A stretch of 61,837 nucleotides of DNA, counting the filler, from Vannella sp. (Eukaryota): the NCBI GenBank assembly GCA_023345925.1. It is 7 parts of 7 records of this genome, joined end to end, with 100 filler letters (N's around TTAATTAATTAA, not from the genome) between each part and the next. Parts side by side here need not be neighbours in the genome. Positions count along the whole stretch, not along the records: positions 1 to 15,597 come from JAJQQN010000261.1; positions 15,698 to 25,443 come from JAJQQN010001228.1; 5 more parts are not named here. One strand, 5' to 3'. This document shows positions 11,001 through 23,210 of this stretch, one piece after another. Within the stretch, counting starts at the first letter, position 1. Each line of letters opens with the position of its first letter. Both the position numbers and the translations under genes were made by a program. Below the pieces are notes generated by a model. The model saw only the letters and a list, made by a program, of their open reading frames with translations, was not told the origin of the DNA and did not search any database.

Positions 11001-14000
11001 GGTTCAATGTGGTCCAAGGAGAGCTGGATCCTCGACCGCTTATCTGGCATTGCTGGTGGAACCGGGGAACGATTGGGAGATCCTACTGAAAGGCGACTTC
11101 CCTCTGATGGTTTCGCCCAGCGGCTGTCTTGTGGTCGAAGGCAAAGAGAAAGTATGTCCAAACCATACTCCACCTCGCTTGGAGGGCGATTCTTGGCTAG
11201 CATCCGCTGAGTATGATTGATGAGAACCTTCTTAATCTCATCTGACGACTCCCTGAAGGTGGAATTGTCAGCTTTCCGGTAAAAGTCCTTTTGAAGGACG
11301 CAATCTAAGAATTGCAAGAAGATCACTTGTGAAAAGGGCTCACAATGGTAGATATTGGTCAAAAGATCCTCAAAGCTTGGATGCGAGCTAACTTCACGAA
11401 CCACTACGTCAATACAAGTCTGTTGAGCGAGCTTTTTTGTGAGTTCCACAGCAAGCTGGAAGGTATGCAAATGTTTCGGTACGCAATACCCCAATAGCTT
11501 GACCAGAGTGGCCAAAGGAGACTCAGAGTAATCTGCAAGCCAGTCGGATGGAGGCCGACTTTGATCCCAGGAGATGTTCTCAGGGAAGGAATAACGCACT
11601 TTCCTTTGTGAAATAATATGAGACACGTTGCGCTTCACCAGGAGCCTCATGGCAACGTTATTCGTTCGCGAGACTGTGTTAGCTGTACCAGTTCGAATAG
11701 AGCGGGGATAAAGGGAAGGAGACAATAAAAGAGTCAAGAGTTCTTCGCTTCCATCATGGTCGCTAAGAGACAGACGGACTGGCGCTCTTTTCTTCTTTAA
11801 GAAGACGTGGAACTCAACATGGTCTTGCGTGAGAAAGCAGCGCTCACAATAGTCAAAATCTGGGCAATAAAGGCACTTGTAACGGGCTCCAATGATTGGT
11901 GCGATCCCACACTCAGAACACATAGTGAATTGGTGAATAAGAACACCCTGTGTGCCACGAATGCCGCGCTTTGGAGCTTCACCATGGTCTCCTTCAATTG
12001 GCCGACGAAGAATGGATGAGACATGAACATCTGAGCCGCTTTGAATGGGATGGGGATAGGACGGCAAAGGTGACTTGAGTACAACAAACTCGTGACTCGG
12101 ATTATGGATACTCTCTGACTTGGGCTCACAAGTGGCGCACAGGTCATAATCAACGCAATACGCGCATCGGAACCGAGCGCCAAAGATGGGGCGAGTGTCA
12201 CAATTTGCACAGACTGAGCCAACATGAGCGCCATGAGGGTCTTTGTTCTGATGGAAAAGATCATTGTCTGAGACTGAAAGGAGCAGCCAACCCAAAAGCT
12301 CATAATCAATCGTCCCTGCAGTCATTGTGGCTTCCATGAGAGCGAAAATTTGGCCGGATGCCTCTGCACTTGCTGAAAAAGGGATCATCTCTTGAAGAAC
12401 AGATAAAACCAACCGTTTTGGAACGGTGCGAAATGCTCTTTTGGTATTGCTTGACGCAAAGTACTCCAAAAAGATGTCTGTCACCCAGGATTGCCACTGG
12501 CCACTTTGCATGATGAGAGAGGTGATAGCACGAGATGCTTCGACCCTCAGAGAGCTCACAACACTACCTGTGATGTAGCGGAAAATTGTTTTTAAGCCTC
12601 TTTGTTCCAAGAAGGGTAGTTGGAGCGAATCTCTGTTCTTCTGAATAGCTAAGGACAACTTACGACAAATGATGGCCCAACTTGGAAGGCCTATCGGTGG
12701 CTCATCCTCGGCATTCGTTATTGGATCATCCTCACTGGATATCATCATGCTTAGCCCGTTCAGTTGCAAGAATGCCTCTCTCTGCTGCATGTACTGGAAG
12801 CGGGTGTCACAAAGTTTCTTCACTGCGTTCTCAAACAGCTCAATGTGGCCACCAAGAATAATCTTGGTCGTTTCCGATCGTATCCTCGTGTAGGATTCTC
12901 TCTCACCGCGCATCCTATCACAGAGTTCGGCTGAGTTGATTCGAATCGACTGTGGATTGGCTCCATAAAGATGAAGTGTGGCAAACAAGGTTTGGTCGCC
13001 CTGGCTGCTTCTGAATCCCACGCGTTGGGCGATTCCAGCACGCGTTTGAGGGTAATGAGGGATTGTTACCACCCGGATTCCATGGCAAGTGAGCTGGCAA
13101 TTGATACTAAACGTAGTCTCACGCTCATTGCTCGCAGCCATTCCTAAAAATTTTGGTTCCTGCTTATACTCGATACCAATTGGCCAATAATACACCACTA
13201 TCAACTTACTTCCGCCATCCGAGACGAGAGAAGCCGTCGCAACGATGCGATAGACAGCCATTTGATTAAAATAGAAGTCAGTACTGACATCAGGAGCATC
13301 CACGAGGAAGTTTGTGGCCTCTTCAAAGGAGTGATGGGCGTGCGAGGTCACCGCAACGGGCGGAATGTACCTCAGGTCCATTGGATACTCCTCTACCAAA
13401 TCAGGATGATGAGCTGCAAGAACTGCATAACTCTGAGACTGGTTCTCGTAGATGCTCTTGGCTGAAGCTTGGAATTGGCTGACAATCTCGCGGGTCGCCT
13501 TTGCTTCGTTTACATCTCGACACTGGACCAGCAAGTCATAGAACACTCCAACGGCCTCAGCTGAGTGACACTGTGAGAGACTTGGAAGTAGTCGTACAAG
13601 CGAATCCAAGCACTTAAGCTTGATGTCTGCTACAAGACAGAGAATGCGCGAGAGCACACGTCCTGCCAGGACCGCCACAGTGGCGAGCTTGGTGATAATG
13701 ATGTTCTGTGTGACGAACTCGAAAGGCTTGATCGCCAAGAGGAAGTTTGGGCCGAAGTCTTGAGGGCGGAGCTCGTAATATCGCGTGATCAGGTCGAGGA
13801 TGTCAAGGAGAGACTCCCGCTCTGGCGTAAAGCGATCCGCTTGGCAAGCTTCTACAATGCTGTTGTGGATCTCTTTGTTGTGGAGCAAGTGCAAGCGACC
13901 TACACGCCGCGAAGAGCTCCTTGCGCTTGTCCCTGCAAAGCCAAGTGCGAAAGTACTGATCGCTGTGATGAAGAAAGGCTTGCCTCTATGCGTTCCTGTG

Positions 14001-15477
14001 CTTTCTTGGTCGAGTTGGAAGGTGACTCGCAAGGTAGAGCAAGTCATGTCGCAGAGAAAGCGAAGTTCTAATCCTTTCGCGATAGAGACCCCTCCCTTCA
14101 AGGTTGTGAAGGGCACTGGACCGTATTGCTTACTCCAAGAAGGGCCCATTTCGGCAAGGACCTTGCCAAGCTCAACGGGGCCTCTGATGGAGGGCGTTCC
14201 TCCTTCCAATCCAAAGTCCTCGCTCAGGTTAGCGGAGCTCTTGTTCTTCTGTTTGTAGTATAGACATGCTGAAGACTCTTCCATAAATGCTTTTGGTATG
14301 TCTGTTGAGAAGAACAGGTGGACGACAACCTCCCCCACATACGCCTCCTTCGAGAACATGAGATCCAGACTGTCCCCTGTCAATACCAGATGGAATCACG
14401 TGATAGAGAGTACTAACATGATCTCCTTTCCATAAGAGTCCAAGCGGACCACGTTATGCCAGTGCTTCCGTCGTTCAGGGAGGGGGACGTCTTGGTCATC
14501 CTCCCACAAGTGCCCAATCTTGAACTCAAGGGACTCTAGTGAAAGAAGCGTGGTAAGTACACCGATTCGCTGGAAACAGCTTCGTACCAAGGCTCACTTG
14601 GTCGTAGGAAAGAACTGCTTCCTGCGAACGAGGAGAAAGCTCCTGCTGTGTGTTACCTGAAAGAGATCAGTGATGAGTCGCCCTTCCTCCTCCATAGTAA
14701 CCTACTCTTCGCTGGTATGTCCAGTTTGGTCCTCGTGCGACCGCGCATCAAGCGGAACATGATCCTTTGGCAATGAGATAATGACGATTTGTTGTCATTT
14801 GTCAGGATCCGGGAACCCTCACATGTTCACTGTGTTGGAAGAGAAAATCCACCAGTGAGGAGAAGATCTTGTGTGTCAGAGAACATTGTCCTGAAGACCC
14901 AGAAGTTCCTCCCCTCCAATGCGCACCAAGATGATACGTAGGGCTTCCTGCTGATGAGTGCTCCCGACCACCACTCGCTCCAACATCACCAACTGGACCT
15001 TCTCCCATGAAGGAGACCTCCATGACTCGAGACAGCACGACGGAAACTCCCCCTTCACCACCAGATCCCCATCGGGGCTCCCTGGACTGATAGAGATAGG
15101 ACATAAAGATAGATAGGATCTTTAAGAGACGTATGTTCTTCTAAGGTTGTGGGCTTGAGCGAACCTGAGACCGGAATAGTGGATAGTGTCTGGCGTGGTG
15201 CCTTTGTTCGATCCGAGCTCTACAAGTGAGTGCTCCAAGCGGTGCAGTGTATCACTGAGAATGGTTCTTTGACAGCGTTTCCGCCTTGCAGCAGCGATCG
15301 AGACTCTCCAAACTTCGGAGAATTCAAGCGAGCCCTAAAAGTGGGTTCCTTCAATGGCAGGAGAGCATTCATGATTGAAAAGTGGCTCACGATTGAGAGA
15401 GGTAAAAGATGGGGAGAAGGGTTGGAGGTGTCCGCTTAACCTGGCAGATTGTGCAACGCCAGGGCAGACTTGGTCAT
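5049..15477 (-). CDS. BIRC6: Giant BIRC6/BRUCE-type hybrid E2/E3 ubiquitin-conjugating enzyme with two ZZ zinc fingers and a SPRY-like region; 5' exons uncertain
   Basis: The 2927-aa ORF 5600..14383 splices (intron ~5600-5649) to the UBC domain: GPAKTPYENGCFLFD...VRFNPNLYKCGKVCLSLLGTW...STLLQVFVSIQALIFVEHPYFNEP. The BIRC6-type WARGTGYG motif precedes it. ZZ fingers lie at ~11800-12225. Exons upstream of 14383 are only tentatively placed. Confidence 0.8.
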
Positions 15478-15597
15478 GAAGGTTCCTGTGAACAGAAAAC
15501 CTATCAAGATCCCTCTGAAAAAATAGGTTTAATCTTTATGCATTAGATATACTAATGCTAATAGCGATTAAACTATTAAGAACAGATACTACACTTG

Positions 15598-15697
15598 NNN
15601 NNNNNNNNNNNNNNNNNNNNNNNNNNNNNNNNNNNNNNNNNTTAATTAATTAANNNNNNNNNNNNNNNNNNNNNNNNNNNNNNNNNNNNNNNNNNNN
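15598..15697. other. Artificial contig linker N44-TTAATTAATTAA-N44
   Basis: 100-nt spacer with stops in all six frames, identical at six positions. Confidence 0.99.
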
Positions 15698-15861
15698 CCG
15701 TAGTCACCGCAGACTTCTATCGCATCAAACGAGGCCAAGACCAAAACCCTTTCCTTTGGAAGCAGAAGTATTCCCCTCACGCTCTTTACATCGACCCCAC
15801 CCAACCCAAACAAACCTTCTACACCCAAGTTCCTGCCAATCCCCTCAAAAAGGACGCTTAG
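15698..15861 (+). CDS. Possible 3' end of an unidentified gene cut by the contig edge
   Basis: Open frame VVTADFYRIKRGQDQNPFLWKQKYSPHALYIDPTQPKQTFYTQVPANPLKKDA-TAG with many C-ending codons; no recognised motif. Confidence 0.4.
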
Positions 15862-15975
15862 TTTGATGAATCACCTTGTATTTCTGTTAAATAGACTAAA
15901 TGACTCGATTGATTTTCAGGGTCTTTAGGGTTTAGGGTTTTGGGGTCATTGTTTGGTTGGCGGTTGCACAAGGGG

Positions 15976-17646
15976 ATGAGCGCTCCGACCTTTGGGAAGC
16001 CTATGCAGAAGTGGGACTCTGTAGCCAACTGTAAGATGAAGTTCAAGCTGAATGAGGGGAAGGAGCCAACGGAGGAGATCTCTGAGGAGGAGAAAGATGA
16101 AGAGCTGATGGGGGAGGACGAAGAGGTCAGTGAGTTTGCTCCTGGACGTAGTGTAGAACGACTATCTATGCGTGAAATGGGCGAAGTTGGACCACTCAGC
16201 TTCATTCTCTGCTTAAGGACTGCTGTACGACCTCCTCAACACCAACGAACCTCCTTTTAACCCTTTCTAGGCTCTGCGGTACGAGGACGAGCCCCTTCCT
16301 GAGGCTTTCATCAAAATCGATTGTACACAAGAAGTGTCTTATTACCTCTTGCCAGTCAGCGCAGAGCACAGGGTCCTTGTGAAGGAGTATGCTGGAAAGG
16401 TGTTCGAGTCCATTCGCCGGAAGGAGATTAACCGTAACGAGTATCTCCGATCCTGGGCCATGTCCCTGCATGAATCATTCACTGAGTCAACGGGCCGCTC
16501 GAGCTCTCGCTTCATCTTCTCTTCGGACCGAAAGTTCGTCCTCAAGACCATCAGTCTTAAGGAGGCGCGCTGGCTTCTCCGCATCCTTCTTGCATACCAA
16601 CAAGTGAGCTAGAAAGCATTGAGAGGGACTGGAGAACTGACACCGAGTGTAGTACCTTCAAATGAACCCGGACACTCTCATTATGAGGTACCTGGGGCTG
16701 TACAAGCTAACAGAGGATCGGAAAACATCCTTCTTTGTTGTAACAGAGAACGTCCTCGACCCACAACGCCCAGACGCAGAGATTTACGACTTGAAGGGCT
16801 CTTTGGTTGGCAGACAGCGGAGGGAGGATTCTCCTTCCTCCCCTTTGCTCGACCAGGACTTGAATCGCAAGCTTCACATGGATGGCGAGACTCGACGTCT
16901 CTTTCTTGAGCAGATCCAAAGAGATGCAGAGGTGGGTGGCTTCCAAAGGGACTCTCAAACGCCTTTTGACAGTTCGCAGTTCCTTTACTCTCAGAACCTC
17001 ATGGACTACTCTCTACTGGTTGGAATCACACCATTGACCAATGCGCCTGAGCTGGGAGGGAGCTCTTCCGCATCCCAAGCAGGTACGAGAGTGGCTCAGA
17101 GTGGAGCTGAACTCATCTCGGGGATGGCAGTGCCGGGAATGGTTTACTTTTGCGAGGGAAGGAAGAAGCAGAGGAAGAAGAAACCAGATATCCTCTCTGT
17201 TCCTGTGCCAGAGGCTCCAGCTCCCCTCACTTCTTGCATGAAGCGGAAGAAAAGGACTCCGGCTGGCAGAGCTCTCTTGTCTTTCAAGTCAGAGTCCTGC
17301 ATTTCGATGTCTCAATCCCTACCAATGAGATCGATCTCCTCTCCAAGTATAAGTGCCCTCAGTCGAGGCGAAGGGCCCGCAAAAAGCAGGGCCAAGCAGG
17401 TGTCCGTTGTCACAAGTCCTAACAAGGAGGTTTATCACATGGGTGTCATCGATATACTTCAAAAGTACGACTCAAAGAAGAAGATAGCCGCCTTTGCCAA
17501 GTCTCTCAAACACAACCGAGTAAGATCTCATTTTCCCTTTCCCGTACCAATCTGACTTTCGATCCTTCCAGCGCGACATTTCCACGGTCCATCCCAAATC
17601 TTATTCATCGCGATTCATCAAATATGTTGAATCCATTGTCGAATGA
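15976..17646 (+). CDS. Phosphatidylinositol phosphate kinase (PIPK family, type II/PIP4K-like activation loop)
   Basis: Motifs KEYAGKVFESIR, TGRSSSRFIFSSDRKFVLKTI, TLIMRYLGLY, IYDLKGS, LMDYSLLVGI, YHMGVIDILQKY and ISTVHPKSYSSRF, joined across four short GT-AG introns. Confidence 0.92.
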
Positions 17647-17925
17647 AGCTAGTCCACTTGTAAATAGACAGAACTGTGCATTCACAGCCCGGTCAACGCT
17701 GCATTCGCCTGCTGTGAGTCCAAGTCAAAGGCTAAAATCACTTTCTGCCACTCAATCTGAAACTGGAGTGGGATGGGCTGCTTGGATGTATGAATGACTC
17801 ATAAATCTTATAAATGACATTACGAGGGACCATTTCATCTCCTAAGGAGGACCTTCATATCATCATCATCATCATTGTGATGGGGATGGGAGCAAATGCT
17901 TATTTCAATTGGGTTGGTGCTTTGA

Positions 17926-18850
17926 TCAAGGGGTGCGATTAAACATGTCAGTCAGTTCACTGGTACTCCACATAGACCCTCGTGCGATTGCGCAGTGATG
18001 CTGGAACTGACGCTGTGGTTCTAAAGTTAGTTTGGTTGGTTGTTCCTCTTTGTCTGCCAGTTGAAGCCTTCTGGAGGACCCAATGGGACCAGTGAGTGAT
18101 TCATTCAAGCCTCCATCCCACCTCTTTAGGCCCTCACAAGTCAAAGCCTTGCCTGTGGCTTTCACTCAGGCCTGGTTTGAGTTTTCTCCGTCCTTTCTGG
18201 AAACGCCAAAGAATGTTCCCTTCCAGCAAGCAGGGAGCGTTCCTTTCAATGAAGGCACTCGAGTGGGTTGATGCTGATAATCAGTGTTGCCCGTCAGAAG
18301 ACGCCTCCTTGCGTGTCAATGAGGATCACTCCTTTGTTGAGGGTCAGGTATCGAAGAGGTCCCTCAAAACGGTCTTCCACCTGGACAAGGGTCGGTTGGG
18401 GGGTTCTGTTGGTGTGGCCAAGGCCCAGTTGCGCTTCAGAGGCCTTCTTCGACTTCTGCCGTGAGGAGCCTCACAAGTCACTTTGATCAGTAGTAGAGAG
18501 GCCTTCCATACGTTGGGGAAGAACTCGCCCAAGAGAGATCTTTTTCGCTCGAGGGCAGCGCTGTGAGAGAGACCAGTATCCACACGCAATCAGAGGCAGT
18601 CCTGGAACTTGTTGGAAGGTGGTGGAGGAACAAGAGGAGCGGGAGCAACCAGCTTCCCTCACACCGCCCCCCGCATCAAGGACGAGGGAGCGTTTCCATC
18701 ATCCCCAGTCCACGTGAACCAGCTGCCACCCTCCAGGGTACCTCCACTGGTTAATCTTGGCGGTTCTGGTGACCGAGTTGGCTTGTTCGTTCCAAAGGCC
18801 GCCTTGAGGAGCATGTAGCAGCCAAAGGGCATCCCAATGAATGGTAAAAG
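17926..18850 (-). pseudogene. Degenerate RCC1-repeat gene
   Basis: RCC1-like pieces occur in shifting frames with stops: SLVLDAGGGVREAG (~18660-18689), TFQQVPGLPLIACG, SHSAAL, QLGLGHTNRTPQPTLV (QLGLGH at 18414-18431), ILIDTQGGVF* (TGA at 18294-18296), GNTDYQHQPTRVPSLKG. Confidence 0.6.
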
Positions 18851-18963
18851 AAGAAAGAGACTGTCACCAAGCGGCACAATCAACGGTACAGTGCAGGAAG
18901 GCCATCTTCCCAAAAGGGGGTCGGGTGAAGGTTTCCTCATTGTTGTGCCGCCCTCCACCAGAG

Positions 18964-21900
18964 ATGGTCGAGGCGGCGGTGAAGGACTTTCTGGACGAAC
19001 ACGCAGGAGGGAGGGAGAAACTGGACGCTCTAAACAGCTTGCTTGACCTCACTGTGGGGGAGAACTTTACTTCTCCCTCAACGGCTTCGAATTACTTCCC
19101 CAATCTCGTTCTTTGGTGAGTTCTCGCTGCATGCCCGTGGTCCAATCCAAGCTCTTACATCATCTCTAGTCTTGTAGCCTCGTTGTGTGCCCCTTCACAG
19201 ACAATCCGAACCACAGGCCTCCGCCTCACGCGTTGCTTTCTTGACAAGGACCAGACTGGCCAGCTCCTTCCTGCTCTCCTCGAGCGCAATATTGCCTTCT
19301 TCATCTGCGCGTACGGACTCCTCTCCAGCCCCTCCCTTTCCTTCCCAAACTAACCTTTTGCCCCTTCCAGATGCCTTGAGCGCTCCAAACTGCCGAACGG
19401 AGAGAGATCTCAGTGCCTTAAGCTCATACAGTTCATGGTAGAGAGCACACCTCTACTCATCCCCCGGGCTGTGTGCCAATCCTTGGTAGCTTTGGGTCGG
19501 CAAGTGGACGATCCCCTTTCCATCATTTGTGTCGAGATTCTGGCTCAGTTGGCCATGGAGAACCCTCACTTGGTATCCTCTGTTGGCGGTATTGACCTCC
19601 TCTTCCACAGTATCATCCACATGGAGAAGTTCTTCGAAAGCCAGCAGTCCGCCCTCGTCACCGTTGCTACCTTCCTCTGCAACGACAGCCCACACCGGCG
19701 CTACCTTGACCTTGACCTATTTGGAGTAAGAGAGCTCTTACAGACGGACGAGTGGACGCACAACTAACCAGCATGGAAGGGGATTGTGGAGCCTTTCACT
19801 GACACGTACGGAGTGGACCAGGATATTCGCAAGCGGAAGTGGACTAGTGGAAGGACGGCTATCTCTCAGTTCCTTCGCAGCTGGACGGGCCTCATCTGCA
19901 TGAGCAGCACGCCGTTAGGACTTCGCGCTCTTGTGGAATCTCTGGCCTTGCCTGACCTCTACATGAATGAGATCACTCTGGACTGCTTCTTTGTCATCTT
20001 CCACTTACCTCTCACTCGTGGCTCTGACGCTTCCTTCAACCGCGCCAAGGCCGTTGTTGCACCAACGGCCAAGGTGGTCCAAGCTCCCCGTCAGCACTCG
20101 CTCCTTCAGAACTACCTGGCCGTTCTCTTGTCTGTGCTTATGAGCTATGGGCTACCCAAAACTCTCATCAAGCTCTGCCGCCGCATGAACGAGAGAGCGG
20201 TAGTCCAAGAAGGGGGTCTTGGGTCACGTGCAATCGCTCACAAGGCCACGTTACTCCTCTCTGAGATCCTAAACTTGGGGAATCAAGTGCTGCCTCCATC
20301 ACAGTGCGCCCAGTTGCAAGGACTGCCTCAACTGATGCGAGACGCCCTCACATTCACTTTGGACCCTCAAAAGCGGTCGGTTGCTAGCACCAACATTGGA
20401 GACTTAGAGAAGCTCGCTCTCATTCAACGCTCAGCAGCTTCTGAGGGGTCTGGAGGTCAGAACAGGCTCGATTACTTTGATGAAATCAGAAAGAACTTTG
20501 ACTGGAACATGGACGAGGCTTCAGTGAAGCAAAAGATGAACGAAAGTGTCCTCATGAAGAAGGACTTTGGATTTTGGGATTGGGAGACTATCTCAGAGCT
20601 TATTGAAGGGCCATTATCAAATCCTCTGCATTATGGAACGCCTTTGGCCACTCGGTTCGTCAAAAGGGTGATTTCTTTCTTTTGGCCTTCGAGCAAAGCC
20701 TTCTGTAATTTGCCTGCGGGTGGTGTACGTTCTGCTCTGGTGAATAGCAGCGGGATACTGACCTCTCTTGAAGAACGACCACTATGCCCCCATCGCTTGT
20801 GCTCTGATTGAGCTTATTCTCAAGCAGAACAACGATGCCATCTTACTCGAGAACGAATTGTTCTCCCAAATCTCTGAGATGCTTCGAGAGGTTGCAGAGG
20901 ACGACGTAAGTTACTTTTTTTTTGCCTTCAATGTTGTCTTCTGAAAGTTTCCCGCGCAGAAAAAAGGCTCCTTCCCAGACATGTTGTCCGAAGAGCGTCT
21001 CTTACGAACAGTCACGCCTGGCTACTTCCAAATCCTCGGAGTTCTCACGAAAACGAAGCCGGGAGTGGAGATCTTGAACAAGCACAAGATCTTTAACCAC
21101 TTGGTCCCTTGTGCTGTTCTTCCTGGAAGGGATGGGCTCTCCAACATGATCGTTGAGAGCCTCGATTATAACTATCCAGGCCCTCCCAGGATACTTTTAG
21201 CAAAGGCGTTGAACGCTCCATCTCGTGTTGTGCGTTACATGTCAACAAAACGCCTGCAAACATTGATGCGCTCTGGTGTGTCTGATTTCTCTGAGTGGGG
21301 AATTCGTTTTCTTGTTCAGAAGCTCAGTGACGATGATCAAAAGGTTTCCGTCTTCGCCTTGAGTATTCTCGAAGAGGCCTCCTCAGAGAGCAGCTACTTA
21401 GACAGTCTTATCAACAAAAGAGCCTTTGAGGTTCTGGAAAAGAGCGGGAAGAATGGAGCTGACCTGCTCCTGCGATTCCTATCTCGGCCTTCCGGCTTTT
21501 CTTATCTCTCTTCCACTGACTTTGTCCAAAAAGAACTCCTCAGCTGGAAGGCAACAGGATACTTGAATTACGTTCACACCGTTGAGTCCACTTTATCTGA
21601 TTCTTTTAAGTCTGCGGTGTGGCGCAAAGGCTATCAGTAGGTGCTCTCTTGTCTTTGTTTTGTTTCTCACATGTGCTGCTTAGTGAGGCACCAGTACCAG
21701 TGCATTTGTATGGCGAACTTGCTCAGACCCAGGAAGGAATCAAACTGTTGGACGGGAACGGGGACTTTAAGGAGTTTGTTTCCATTCTCTACTCCTCTCA
21801 ATCCTCTTCGCTTCAAAAGAGAGGAGCTTTGTGGGTGCTCGCGCACATTGGTCGAACTAAGCTGGGATACAAAGAGCTGTTCCCCAAGTACGATGTGCTG

Positions 21901-23170
21901 AATCTCATCCTTCACACTGCTAGAAACTGCTCTTGCCTCTCCGTACGAGGAACTTGCTTCTACGCTCTTGGTCTCATCTGCTCTACTCGCTCTGCTGCTC
22001 GTGCATTGAAATGTTTGGGCTGGGAAAGCAAACGAGAGAGCTGCATTTGCCTTCCAGTTTCCATTGAGGAGTGTGGCATCTTCACCATTAATGACGCCAC
22101 CCACGAAAGTCTCTGGCCTCAAGCATGTCCCACTATTGAAACACCCAAATGGGGTGACGCGCGAGATGAAGTGGCAAAGCATTTTACGAACCTTTCCAAC
22201 AACCTGTCGTTCGATAAGAGTGTCAAGGCCATTAAGACACTCAAGGCTGATTCACCAGAAGCATTCCAAGATCCCAAACTGCAGTTGTTCATCTTCCAGC
22301 TGATGGAGAACTACTCTTACACTCTCCCTCCCCGGCGCTATTTCCACCAAATCTTCTCGGTGTTCTGGTCTGTCGAAGAGCTTCGCACTTTATCCTCTTA
22401 TCCAGGAGTTCATTGGAAGATTGCTGCTGAAGATGCAGCCTACACTCCTCCTCTAAACAACAAGGCAGGATGGGCGACCGGTAGGAGATCCAAGCGATAT
22501 ACTTCAAGTGTTCGGGGTAACGTTGGTCGTCGTGATTCCGTTGCAACTGGTATGTATTTCCTGATATTGATATTCTTTACATTTCTCACTGAAAGTGACA
22601 GATCTTGATCTGACAGTTATTCCCTGCGAGGAGAAAAATGGTTCTCCTCATCAAACCAGTCCCTCTCAACAAATGGAGCCTGCATCTGCCTCTCCTGAAG
22701 GCAAAGATTCAAAACTTCGAGCCCCTGATAAGCCCATTCCAGTCGTTCGTTTACACTCATCTGGAGCTGCTCCTCCCCAAATTCCTCTGAGGAACTCAAA
22801 AGAGAACAATGCTCGGAGTGGTGAGACACAACTTCCTCCTGATGCATCTCCAGTATCTACTCAGCCCCCATCGCGCCCTATTTCGCGAAAACTCGATTCT
22901 TCGAGTGTGATTGCAAGCCAAGATCCGGCTAAGGGGACTCTCAATTCTAGTCCATCACCCGGTCTTGCGCCAGTTGGAGGAAGAGGTGTACCACTTGGCC
23001 GAGGGGCTCCAGCTGGTGTCAGACAAGCTCCTCCAGGTAGAGGCTCTCCAATTCCTCGAGATTCTGCTTCCCCAAGAGGCACTCTTCCTTCTCGGTCCGG
23101 CAGAATTGCAATGGGAGCCCGCGTGGGCCTCACACGCCCAGCTGGGCCTCCTCCTGCCCTTCCAGAGTAG
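18964..23170 (+). CDS. RICTOR: Rictor/Pianissimo/Avo3, TORC2 subunit (multi-exon)
   Basis: Motifs ER.QCLKLI, CVEILAQLAMENP, LRSWTGLI, WDWETISELIEGPL.NP, RFVKRVISFFWP, RILLAKAL...VRYMST, WGIRFLVQKL.D, LLLRFLSRPSGF, PVHLYGELAQT, LSVRGTCFYALGLI. Pro-rich C-terminal exon at ~22600-23170. Confidence 0.93.
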
Positions 23171-23210
23171 AAAAGGAGAATATACCTTTATTCAGAATCT
23201 CCCCTTTCAC

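Noticed and set aside
17700..17925. Possible ncRNA or snoRNA in the spacer with (CAT)5 at 17861-17875
   Set aside because: No convincing box motifs or stable fold seen; only a short microsatellite.
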